Shown here: positions 6,941 to 14,883 of the stretch, piece by piece
Position numbering within the stretch: the stretch's first letter is position 1
How the letters are laid out: every line of letters starts with the position of its first letter
Source: an uncultured archaeon
Lineage (GTDB): Archaea > Asgardarchaeota > Lokiarchaeia > Sigyniarchaeales > SOKP01
Length of the DNA stretch: 14,883 bases
Direction of reading: 5' to 3'
NCBI GenBank assembly: GCA_964486045.1
Contig: CAZALK010000032.1
Location: forward strand, 1,249 to 16,131
The notes under the pieces: model-generated
Seen by the model: only the letters and a program-made list of their open reading frames with translations
Database searches by the model: none
Told to the model about the DNA's origin: nothing
Program-made: the position numbers and the translations under genes

Positions 6941-9615
6941 CAACCCTCCAAATAAACTCCGAATTCACGATGATTTTTTATAACTCTTTTTACTATTTTA
7001 TTATATATATTAACCTCAAATGCAAACTTATTATCTTCAAGGTTGATAATTAGTGAATGTGAGAGCCATTTGACTATTTTAAATTCAAAATGACTATTAG
7101 CAAACCAATAACTGGGTAAAGATACACTTTTTTTCATTAATTCTTTCTGTATTTCTGCGCTTGGAGGTTTTTCTTTGTCAAGAATGTCATCATATGTATT
7201 ATCTTCGAGAAGGATTGTTCTACGAGTCATATCTCCAATGCGTGTTTTTGCATAAAGGAAACTTTGAGCTCCAGTATCTTCTTCTTCAAAAGGTTTAGTA
7301 AGGTTTGAAAAATTGAATAGTTTATGGTTAGGTGGTGGGATGAGATATAACTTCGCTTGATTTTTCTCTTGTTCAAGTGTGGTAAGCATTACTTCTAACG
7401 CATCCTCTAAAGTTTCAGATTTAACTGGTTGATTTTTGTTTAATTCCTTTGGTGATTTTTCATATACACTTTCGATTAAGTGTCTAATATCATCAGGAAA
7501 TATCAAATTGAATTTATCCCTCTCTTTTGACTTTAGGATTAATTCATTAAGTGTCATGTATAAAATGTAAGGATGGTACACAAGTTCACTTAATCCAAAT
7601 TTGGGTTTTTGAATATTTAAATCGGGTATTAATATTCTGAATACTGCCTTAATCCCGCTTGGTCTATAAGGTCGGTAATGTCTGTGCAATCTTCCCATTC
7701 TTTGAATAAGAAGGTCAATTGGTGCAATCTCAGATATAATCTCATCAAAATCCAAATCTAAACTTTGTTCTACTACTTGAGTTGCTATTAAAATAGCTCT
7801 TCTTGGTCGTAAATTGCGGGGATCTGAAACTTTAAGCTTGGAACTCCTCTTATCAAACAGTTCCAGCACTTTTTTTTCAATCTCCATTCTACGCTCAACC
7901 GGAAATCGTGCGTGAAAGAGATAAGTTTGAATACCGATTTCCTCCCTAATTTTTTCCTTTAACATTCGGTATATCGCTTGGCTATTTTTAACCGTGTTGC
8001 AAATGACACAGACACAGTTTTCTTTTAAGGCTGATGAAATAGCTAATTCAGCAATTTTATGATATTTTTCAAGTAAACCTTCTTCTAAAATTATTGTAAT
8101 GATTTTTTCTTGAGATTTTTGCTTAGGAGGAATAATCTCGATTTTATTTTCATTTTTAATGGTAATTAGAGGATAAAGAGATTGTGAATTTAATATCCCA
8201 TTAATAGGAGGAACCTCAGAATCACCGGAGTATGCATTAATCAACATCTTTTTTTTTGAAAAGGGTAGGGTCGCAGATAGTAAAATTACAGGAATTTTGA
8301 GAATAAAAGCCCAATTAAGAAGCCTTGTAAGAATTGTAGACATATAAGCGTCATAAGCATGTACTTCATCAATAATTAATACTTTACCAGTTAATCCTAA
8401 CAACCTTAAGAACCCGAATCTTACCCATAATACACTCATCAAGCTTTGATCGATTGTACCTACTCCAAAAGGTGCTAATAACGCACGTTTATGTGGTTTA
8501 AACCAATCGTAAGCATGATTGGTTAAAGATGAATTTTTATTTGAGAGATGGTCAATCATCCATGCCATTCCGTGCACTAATTGTACACTCTCTTCTATAT
8601 TCGGATTGCTTAGGAGGAGGAATTCCTTAAGTCTCTCAAACATTTGATTACTCGTAGCACTGGTTGGTAGAGCAAAATATATACCTCGCCACCTTTCTAA
8701 TAGTTGAGAAGTAATATATAAAGCCGCTTCTGTTTTCCCCTCTCCCATTGGAGCTTCAATAATAATTAATTTATGTTCAGATATATTTTGAAAACTGTCT
8801 TCAGTCATGCGTTGGATTGTCGTTAAAGAATTAAAACTCGGATAAATGTCAGAAATTTTAGTAAATCCTTTCCAATCAAGGATTTGATTGAATCCAAGAA
8901 CGTTTACAGCATTTTTTGCTAGTTGTTTGCTTTCAATATAATAATCTTCCATGGTGGGATGGTTTACTATGTCATATTTAAAAAGATAATTATTCGATGC
9001 AATCCAATCACTCAATACTAATAATCCTGACAGTAACAAACCTACTAAGCTGTGATTGATGAAATCTTTTACCCTCCATTCTTCTGGTTTGAAATAATTA
9101 AGGAGTAACCTATTAAGCTCTTGTCTGAAGGGTTCCCAATTTTCATGGATTTTAGGATGGTCTAATATGTCACTTTGAGAAAATTTCCCATGGTGACCCA
9201 ATATCACCTCTGAAATCGTCCTTATTATGCTACTACTCCATTTTTTGTTTTTGAATAGGTTTCTTATCCATTTTGCACTATAAAGTGAATGATAATACTT
9301 ATGATGAGATGATTCTGGGAAAATTAATCCCTCATTTTTTAACCTTTGAATAGATTCGGTATTTTTTATTTGAAAGTCAGGATGACATTTTCCAATATCA
9401 TGAATTGAGAATATGTAACCTACCAAACTTTCAAATTGCGATTCAGAACAATTCATTGCTTCAAGCAACCTTACTTTTACTGGAAAAAATACTGAAGATT
9501 TAAGTAATTCCTGACCTACAATACCGACATCGATCATGTGAAATAATAATGGATGAAAAGGGTCTGTTTTTCCCCAGATATATAAGACATTTAAAGTTTC
9601 CAAATCTTTCATCAT
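6940..9615 (-). CDS. cas3: Cas3 HD nuclease-SF2 helicase
   Basis: N-terminal HD domain (WGKT, HMIDV, HDIGK, GHHG, SDWIAS) and helicase motifs APMGEGKTEAA, DEVHAY, SAT, HARF, TQVVEQSLDLDFD, QRMGRLHRH; uninterrupted 891 aa. Confidence 0.98.
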   Translation of the reverse strand: MMKDLETLNVLYIWGKTDPFHPLLFHMIDVGIVGQELLKSSVFFPVKVRLLEAMNCSESQFESLVGYIFSIHDIGKCHPDFQIKNTESIQRLKNEGLIFPESSHHKYYHSLYSAKWIRNLFKNKKWSSSIIRTISEVILGHHGKFSQSDILDHPKIHENWEPFRQELNRLLLNYFKPEEWRVKDFINHSLVGLLLSGLLVLSDWIASNNYLFKYDIVNHPTMEDYYIESKQLAKNAVNVLGFNQILDWKGFTKISDIYPSFNSLTTIQRMTEDSFQNISEHKLIIIEAPMGEGKTEAALYITSQLLERWRGIYFALPTSATSNQMFERLKEFLLLSNPNIEESVQLVHGMAWMIDHLSNKNSSLTNHAYDWFKPHKRALLAPFGVGTIDQSLMSVLWVRFGFLRLLGLTGKVLIIDEVHAYDAYMSTILTRLLNWAFILKIPVILLSATLPFSKKKMLINAYSGDSEVPPINGILNSQSLYPLITIKNENKIEIIPPKQKSQEKIITIILEEGLLEKYHKIAELAISSALKENCVCVICNTVKNSQAIYRMLKEKIREEIGIQTYLFHARFPVERRMEIEKKVLELFDKRSSKLKVSDPRNLRPRRAILIATQVVEQSLDLDFDEIISEIAPIDLLIQRMGRLHRHYRPYRPSGIKAVFRILIPDLNIQKPKFGLSELVYHPYILYMTLNELILKSKERDKFNLIFPDDIRHLIESVYEKSPKELNKNQPVKSETLEDALEVMLTTLEQEKNQAKLYLIPPPNHKLFNFSNLTKPFEEEDTGAQSFLYAKTRIGDMTRRTILLEDNTYDDILDKEKPPSAEIQKELMKKSVSLPSYWFANSHFEFKIVKWLSHSLIINLEDNKFAFEVNIYNKIVKRVIKNHREFGVYLEG

Positions 9616-9867
9616 ACTTTTTTATGGTGGATTTTTTAGTTTTGTTAGGAGGGGATATCTTTCAAGTTTTTACTATTTTGTCTCCTAATATTCTTTACTA
9701 TTTAATAGCTAATAACGCCCATTTTTGGTTTTATTCCTTGCGAGAACTTCCTTAAATTTTATTTCTTAAGAGAAGTTAATTAGGGTATTAGTCCAAAAAA
9801 TGTCGAAGATATATAAAGAAAAAGAGCCAATAAAATTTTTATCTTCACATAAGAAAAAAAAAGAAAT

Positions 9868-10633
9868 TTAGAACTGAGAAATTACAAATTTAAGCAATCT
9901 TATCTTTTTCAAGTATCCAAGAATCAATGAGGAATATTTGGGCGGTTTTCTTTCCAAGAGAATAATTGAATCCACTAAAACTTTTCCATTCACATCTGTC
10001 GTATAGTTTTCAATTGATTCCCAAGTGCCTAAGTTATTATAGAACAATTCCACATCAAATCCAACAACTGGTTCATTATCTTGGCTCCATAAATACTCAA
10101 TTTCTGCTGATTTTGCTATTAAATCAACTTCTGTTAATCCATCATTAGTAATGACGAAATCTGTAGTTGCTGTCCCAACATAATCATATACCCTAAACTC
10201 CCATGGACTATCTTGAATATTATATACTGTGATTATACCATTTGAACTATCAACAATCATTCTATCACAGTTTTAGGTCTAAGTCTAAGATAAATGCTCC
10301 ATAATGAATATCCCAGGTAATTGTATTTAAATCAAATGTGTAGTCAGCTCCCCAGATTGAGTTTTCATAATCCACATCAATTATTGTTTTCACAGCATCA
10401 AAATATATTTCAGTTGTGTATAAGACTTCTTCCTGTGTTAACATAAAGCTATTTTCTGCAACAAAAGTTCCTTGTTCACATACTATGAATTCACCCATCA
10501 AGAATCCTGAAAATAGAGCAATTCCATTTATATCAGAGATAATTGTCTCTATTAAGGACCATGTGGCTCCATCATAATACCAAATTTCTACTACAATTCC
10601 ATCAACAGGTGTGAAATTCCTGATATGAATATC
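9868..10633 (-). pseudogene. Fragmented gene for an acidic, beta-rich repeat (Ig-like/carboxypeptidase-regulatory-like) surface protein
   Basis: The 10265-10501 frame stays open up to 10633 (FTPVDGIVVEIWYYDGATWSLIETIISDINGIALF). This is a recognisable repeat of PVVGFDVELFYNNLGTWESIENYTTDVNGKVL in ORF 9868-10260. The two pieces are separated by TGA TAG and a 1-nt frame offset. There is no start or signal peptide, and the last ~30 aa are an unrelated basic tail. Confidence 0.65.
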
Positions 10634-10797
10634 TTAAATACAAATGATCAGTAAAGAATTTTTATAGAAAAAAAAAAATGGGAACAACCATATTCTAAGC
10701 ATTTTTAAATACCTATAAAAAATCTCGTGAATAAGATCTTTTTCTATATACTCTATTTCAGATATATCCTGTTAATTTGTCTATAAATTTGTTTCGT

Positions 10798-11652
10798 TTA
10801 ATTTAGAAATATTTCCTGTTCTTTACATCGATATCGTATTAAATCTAAAAGTTCATTTAGAATATCTTCATTTTCATCTGGAATTTCAAAATCATAGGTT
10901 TGAGAGTCCCGATTTATATATTTAATAAGTCTCAAATGTCGAGATGAGCCTGTTTTAATTGATAAATTCCATTTATTATGTTCCATTAACATAGTTCTTT
11001 CTTTACTATCTATAATATATTCCATTCTCAGAATTTTTCCTAAATCGATCTTACCGATATCTTCTACTAAGGTTTTTACATCGATAATAACATATTCAGG
11101 ATTTTTTGAAGCCAATCTGTTATACAAATTCTTAAATTTTTCCCCTAACTGCTCCTTCTGAGATTTGTTTCCCCCAAAACGTTTTATTGAATAATCGGCC
11201 AATTCTCTCCCTTCTAATTGGATAGTAGTTGGACCATTCCTTAAATAAAAAATCTTGTCTTCATGAAATACAGGTTCATCAGAGGGGGAAATTTCAATTA
11301 ATATAATTTCCTCTTCCTCTACAGTCTCGTAGGAAATGGTTAAAAGACCAATTACTCGTGTTCCCAAATGTTCTCTACAAGTAGAATTTATATCTTTTAG
11401 CAAATTATCTCGATTTTTAATAGCACTTTCTCCTTTGTATAAATTCAAATCTTGACTTAATCCCTTAACCTTACAATCATCACTGACTCCTATTAACACC
11501 ATCCCACCTTGATTGTTCAGAAGACCACATATTGCCTTAGTAACTTCTTTTTTTAGGGCTTTATTCTTGGATTGGATATTAATATCATATCTAAATGTCT
11601 CTTTAAATTCTATTCTCTCGTTCTCCCCTTTCTCTATAACTTCCTTAAGCAT
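10798..11652 (-). CDS. Schlafen/AlbA_2-domain protein with an uncharacterised C-terminal domain
   Basis: GENERIEFKET, KAICGLLN.QGG.VLIGVSDD...GL and FYLRNGPTT are AlbA_2 (Schlafen core) signatures in the first ~160 aa. The remaining ~125 aa were not recognised. Confidence 0.9.
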   Translation of the reverse strand: MLKEVIEKGENERIEFKETFRYDINIQSKNKALKKEVTKAICGLLNNQGGMVLIGVSDDCKVKGLSQDLNLYKGESAIKNRDNLLKDINSTCREHLGTRVIGLLTISYETVEEEEIILIEISPSDEPVFHEDKIFYLRNGPTTIQLEGRELADYSIKRFGGNKSQKEQLGEKFKNLYNRLASKNPEYVIIDVKTLVEDIGKIDLGKILRMEYIIDSKERTMLMEHNKWNLSIKTGSSRHLRLIKYINRDSQTYDFEIPDENEDILNELLDLIRYRCKEQEIFLN

Positions 11653-11940
11653 GATTTGATGAAACCCCAGATTTCTAGTATTGTATTCCAGTAATTCTAA
11701 GATTTATTAAGCGTCTAAAAACTTATATATCTTCCCAAAAATTAGATTTCTAAACTAATTAAAAATTATCTACCATTTAATCCCGCTAAAATTCAATGGG
11801 CGTTAAATAGTTTGGATTAACTATTAATAAATCAAATCCTTCAGTTCTTCCCAACGTTACTGTTACGATGCAATTATTCGCAGAAAGGAGATAGGCTATG
11901 AAATATTCCCCTACATTTCCTATATTTTGTCTTGCTACTT

Positions 11941-12266
11941 TCATTTAAACCCTCCCTCTGTAAATAATTTATGAAGAAAATAGGCAATCCCTATATAACT
12001 AATCTCTATTGTTTTCTCTTTCTTATCTTTCGGATTTGGAAAAATGTTGAGAGCAGATATCCTATTTAGTTTTTGAATAAAAACGTTAATAGAACCTCTC
12101 GATAAAGATTTACCTCTCTTTTTCTCTAAACTTTCCTTTAATGTTTCCAATGAAGTATAACACTTTCGATCATTTAATATCTATAAACAAGTATTTGAAG
12201 TCTTTACTAAATATGACAAGATTCCCAACAAAGTCTTACTTCTTGATTACAAAATGGGCATTTCAT
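11941..12266 (-). pseudogene. Degraded winged-HTH regulator C-terminus preceded by a Zn-ribbon-like fragment
   Basis: The frame of ORF 11941-12150 opens at 12180 (ILNDRKCYTSLETLKESLEKKRGKSLSRGSINVFIQKL...KEKTIEISYIG), a wHTH-like pattern. Upstream, 12266-12207 encodes MKCPFCNQEVRLCWESCHI*. Stops and frame changes intervene. Confidence 0.45.
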
Positions 12267-12384
12267 TCTACAATTTAACTAATTCATTTTTTACATTTCA
12301 ATATTACGCTCAATTACTTAGAAAATTTAGAAAATTTTCAGTTTATAATGTGGTTTATTAGATTATATTTCTTATTTTATCATT

Positions 12385-13551
12385 ATGACATACCAAAGAT
12401 TTATTACAGCAGAATCTGTAACTGAAGGACATCCTGATAAAATATGTGATCAAATTTCCGATGCCATTTTAGATGCCTTTTTAGAAAAGGATCCAGATGC
12501 TCATGTTGCTTGTGAAACTTTTGTAACAACGGGGCTTGTGTTAATTGGAGGAGAAATTTCTGCTAAAAAGGGAGTGATTATTGATTATAATAAAGTAGTA
12601 AGAGAAACAATTAAAGGGATTGGGTATGATGATTCATCTATGGGTTTTGATTATCAAGGTTGTGCTATAATTAATACAATACATCAACAATCCCCTGACA
12701 TTAAACAAGGAATAAAAAGAGATAAAATAGAAAAACAAGGCGCAGGAGATCAAGGAATTATGGTAGGCTATGCTATAAATGAAACCCCTGAATTTATGCC
12801 CTTGGCAACTCACCTTGCAAATAATCTTGTTAGAAGGTTAGCAGAAGCTAGAAAAAAAAATATTGTCCCCTTTTTAAGACCTGACGGGAAAAGTCTCGTT
12901 TCTGTAGAATATGAAGAGGGAAAAGCAATTAGAATTCATGCAATAGTTATAGCTGCTCAACATACAGAAAATGTCTCAAGTGAGGAGATTGAACAAGAAA
13001 TACGTGAAAAAGTAATCAATTGTGTTATACCAAAAGAATTGATTGATGATGAAACCAAAATACATATTAATCGAACTGGAAAGTTTGTAATAGGGGGTCC
13101 TCATGGCGACTCTGGATTAACAGGAAGAAAAATTATAGTAGATTCTTATGGTGTTATGGATCATGGGGGTGGGGCATATAGTGGAAAAGATCCTTCAAAA
13201 GTTGATCGTTCTGCTTCATATATGGCCCGATATGCAGCAAAGAATGTTGTAGCAGCGGGTCTAGCTGATAAATGTGAAATTCAAGTTTCTTATGCTATTG
13301 GAGAAGCTGACCCTTTATCAATTGATATCGATTGTTTTGATACAGAAAATTTATCTATTGAAAGACTTTATAATGGTATTTTAAAAATATTTGATTTTAG
13401 ACCAGGAGTAATAATAAGTGATTTGAACTTGAAACGTCCAATTTACAAAAAAACAGCAGCATATGGACATTTTGGCAGAATAGATCCAGATTTTACATGG
13501 GAAAAAATTGATAGGGTTAATATATTAAAAAAGATATTAGAATCATTATAA
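12385..13551 (+). CDS. metK: S-adenosylmethionine synthetase (bacterial/eukaryotic-type methionine adenosyltransferase)
   Basis: ESVTEGHPDKICDQISDAILD, QSPDI, GAGDQG, GGPHGDSGLTGRKIIVD, HGGGAYSGKDPSKVDRS, YGHFGR; 388 aa. Confidence 0.98.
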   Translation: MTYQRFITAESVTEGHPDKICDQISDAILDAFLEKDPDAHVACETFVTTGLVLIGGEISAKKGVIIDYNKVVRETIKGIGYDDSSMGFDYQGCAIINTIHQQSPDIKQGIKRDKIEKQGAGDQGIMVGYAINETPEFMPLATHLANNLVRRLAEARKKNIVPFLRPDGKSLVSVEYEEGKAIRIHAIVIAAQHTENVSSEEIEQEIREKVINCVIPKELIDDETKIHINRTGKFVIGGPHGDSGLTGRKIIVDSYGVMDHGGGAYSGKDPSKVDRSASYMARYAAKNVVAAGLADKCEIQVSYAIGEADPLSIDIDCFDTENLSIERLYNGILKIFDFRPGVIISDLNLKRPIYKKTAAYGHFGRIDPDFTWEKIDRVNILKKILESL

Positions 13552-13595
13552 CATTGTATGGAACAAGTGAAGCAATCTAGTTATATCTTTTAACA

Positions 13596-13826
13596 TTATA
13601 CATAATCATCTTTATAATGCTCTCCAAAATGTTCTTCTGCATTCCAATCATCCCAATCATTATTATCCTCATCACAGCGATATTCTCTACATACTATTGG
13701 TCTAATATCAAAAATTTCACAAAATCAAATATCTTTTTCTTTATTATATCTAATAAAAGAACACTGACCGCCATCCAAAGCATCCCATAACGGACTATGA
13801 ATGTCATTTTTAACCCTCTGGGAATA
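13596..13826 (-). pseudogene. YkgJ/UPF0153 (CxxCxxCC) cysteine-cluster protein, C-terminal remnant
   Basis: Manual translation ...DALDGGQCSFIRYNKEKDI*FCEIFDIRPIVCREYRCDEDNNDWDDW...YV* contains the C.F...C.I...RP..CR.Y signature. There is an in-frame TGA at 13727-13725 and the N-terminal Cys cluster is missing. Confidence 0.75.
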
Positions 13827-13914
13827 TTACTAGATACATAGTGTAGTAATCATAAAGATTATAATTAAACTCTTCTATATTAGAATAGAAGATACCCAGA
13901 GGGATAAGAATAAA

Positions 13915-14883
13915 ATGGATATCAACAAACGCGTGGAGGAGTATCGTGAGTTTCTTCTCGATGTCTACGATGATATCATTGTAAATACATTCACTACCAG
14001 AAAAGGCACTTCTTTAGAATTTAATGACGATCAAATAGAACTAAATAAATTATTAATTGTGTACGAGAAATCTAGGTCGGTGTGTCGAGATTGCCAAAAG
14101 GTCTTCAATGATTATGGAGTTAGATTACGAAACCAAAATTCAAAACTTCGGCTCGATTTTGAACAACGCCCGATGGAGTTCCCGAATTGGTTAGGTTCGC
14201 TTGATTTTAAAAGTCCCCATAGAAAAGACATCATGATAATAGGACAGGCGGCAGGTCCTGACATTCAAACCGATATCAATATATCATACGGTTTGGGCAA
14301 TCTCTCCTCGTGTATTGAACACAATGGCACAATGAATAACGAAAAAATCAATCTACTATTTAAGAATGTCGAAAAACAGCTCAAAGATTACCCTAACTTT
14401 CTCAGACTACGAGAGAAAATTCAGAAAACACAAATTTCAGTTCGCAATAATCTATGGGAACGCCTTTATGACGTATTCGATGACAATCTCGAAAAAGTTA
14501 TGAATATGACCTACCTTACCGATTTAAGTAGATGTAACTATAAATCGACTGATATTTGGAGAGAATGTGCAATAAATTGCCAAAAATATTTATTTCAGGA
14601 AATAAAGTTCATAAATCCGAAACTCATCATTTTCTTAGGAAGCGATGGGTATAAAAAGGTAAAGAAATCAAAAGAATTTAAGGTAGAAGATGATAAAAAA
14701 GCAACTGAAAAATATAAGATTTCTAAGAATTTCCCCAAAATCGGCACAATTACTTCTCACGAAGGGGATATGTATATCGAATTCGTGAAGATTTATCATA
14801 ACCAACCCTTTCGAACTTCCCGTCGCTGGAATGCAAGTATTCATATTTGGAAAGAATTATTCAGGAATGAGATTTATCCTGTA
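13915..14883 (+). CDS. Divergent uracil-DNA glycosylase-superfamily protein (3' end beyond the window)
   Basis: Open frame of 323 codons from ATG 13915 to the edge, absent from the ORF track. Motifs: IMIIGQAAGP (cf. GEAPG), YLTDLSRC (cf. YITNxVKC), C..YLFQEIKFINPKLIIFLG and C-terminal KIYH; N-terminal CRDC. Confidence 0.75.
   Translation, partial: MDINKRVEEYREFLLDVYDDIIVNTFTTRKGTSLEFNDDQIELNKLLIVYEKSRSVCRDCQKVFNDYGVRLRNQNSKLRLDFEQRPMEFPNWLGSLDFKSPHRKDIMIIGQAAGPDIQTDINISYGLGNLSSCIEHNGTMNNEKINLLFKNVEKQLKDYPNFLRLREKIQKTQISVRNNLWERLYDVFDDNLEKVMNMTYLTDLSRCNYKSTDIWRECAINCQKYLFQEIKFINPKLIIFLGSDGYKKVKKSKEFKVEDDKKATEKYKISKNFPKIGTITSHEGDMYIEFVKIYHNQPFRTSRRWNASIHIWKELFRNEIYPV

Noticed and set aside
1398-9755. 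Short overlapping or antisense ORFs (1398-1637, 1549-1740, 2452-2655, 3465-3680, 3469-3723, 4243-4596, 5460-5726, 6091-6282, 6673-6855, 9549-9755)
   Set aside because: Shadow frames overlapping well-supported cas genes, with no recognisable motifs.
9966-10148. Plus-strand 60-aa ORF
   Set aside because: Antisense to the surface-protein remnant, with no motif support.
12341-12361. metK promoter (TTTATAAT / TTTATTA)
   Set aside because: Could be a bacterial -10 or an archaeal TATA box, but such motifs are too frequent in this AT-rich DNA to call.
12385-13551. metK as a functional part of the CRISPR/defence system
   Set aside because: Ordinary housekeeping-type sequence on the opposite strand, with no methyltransferase or SAM-using effector in the window.
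13725-13727. Selenocysteine or alternative genetic code at the in-frame TGA
   Set aside because: TGA ends cas3 and cas7 normally, the codon is not at a conserved Cys position, and the gene is also 5'-truncated.

Overview
AT-rich window dominated by a minus-strand type I-E CRISPR-Cas locus: cas3, cas8e (cse1), cas11 (cse2), cas7, cas5, cas6e, a broken cas1/cas2, an exonuclease ORF, a leader, and an array of at least 12 identical 29-bp repeats with 32-bp spacers that runs off the left edge. The interference genes look intact. The adaptation module is deleted internally: the cas1 5' part is joined to the 3' half of cas2. The most notable observation is that this Cas2 half reads in frame, with no stop codon, into the 270-aa ORF at 841-1653. 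That ORF has DEDDy-type motifs (D94/E96/D169/Y248/D252) resembling the RNase_H_2/YprB-like family. This suggests a Cas2-exonuclease fusion with a different nuclease from the described Cas2-DnaQ/DEDDh fusions. cas6e appears to start at a non-canonical ATT. Right of cas3 lie a fragmented repeat-containing surface-protein gene, a Schlafen/AlbA_2 protein, a broken wHTH/Zn-ribbon remnant, a bacterial/eukaryotic-type metK, a YkgJ-family pseudogene and a divergent UDG-superfamily ORF that runs off the right edge. Several soft clues hint at an archaeal (Lokiarchaeia-like) host, but this is inference only. All family assignments come from motif recognition by eye; no searches were run.
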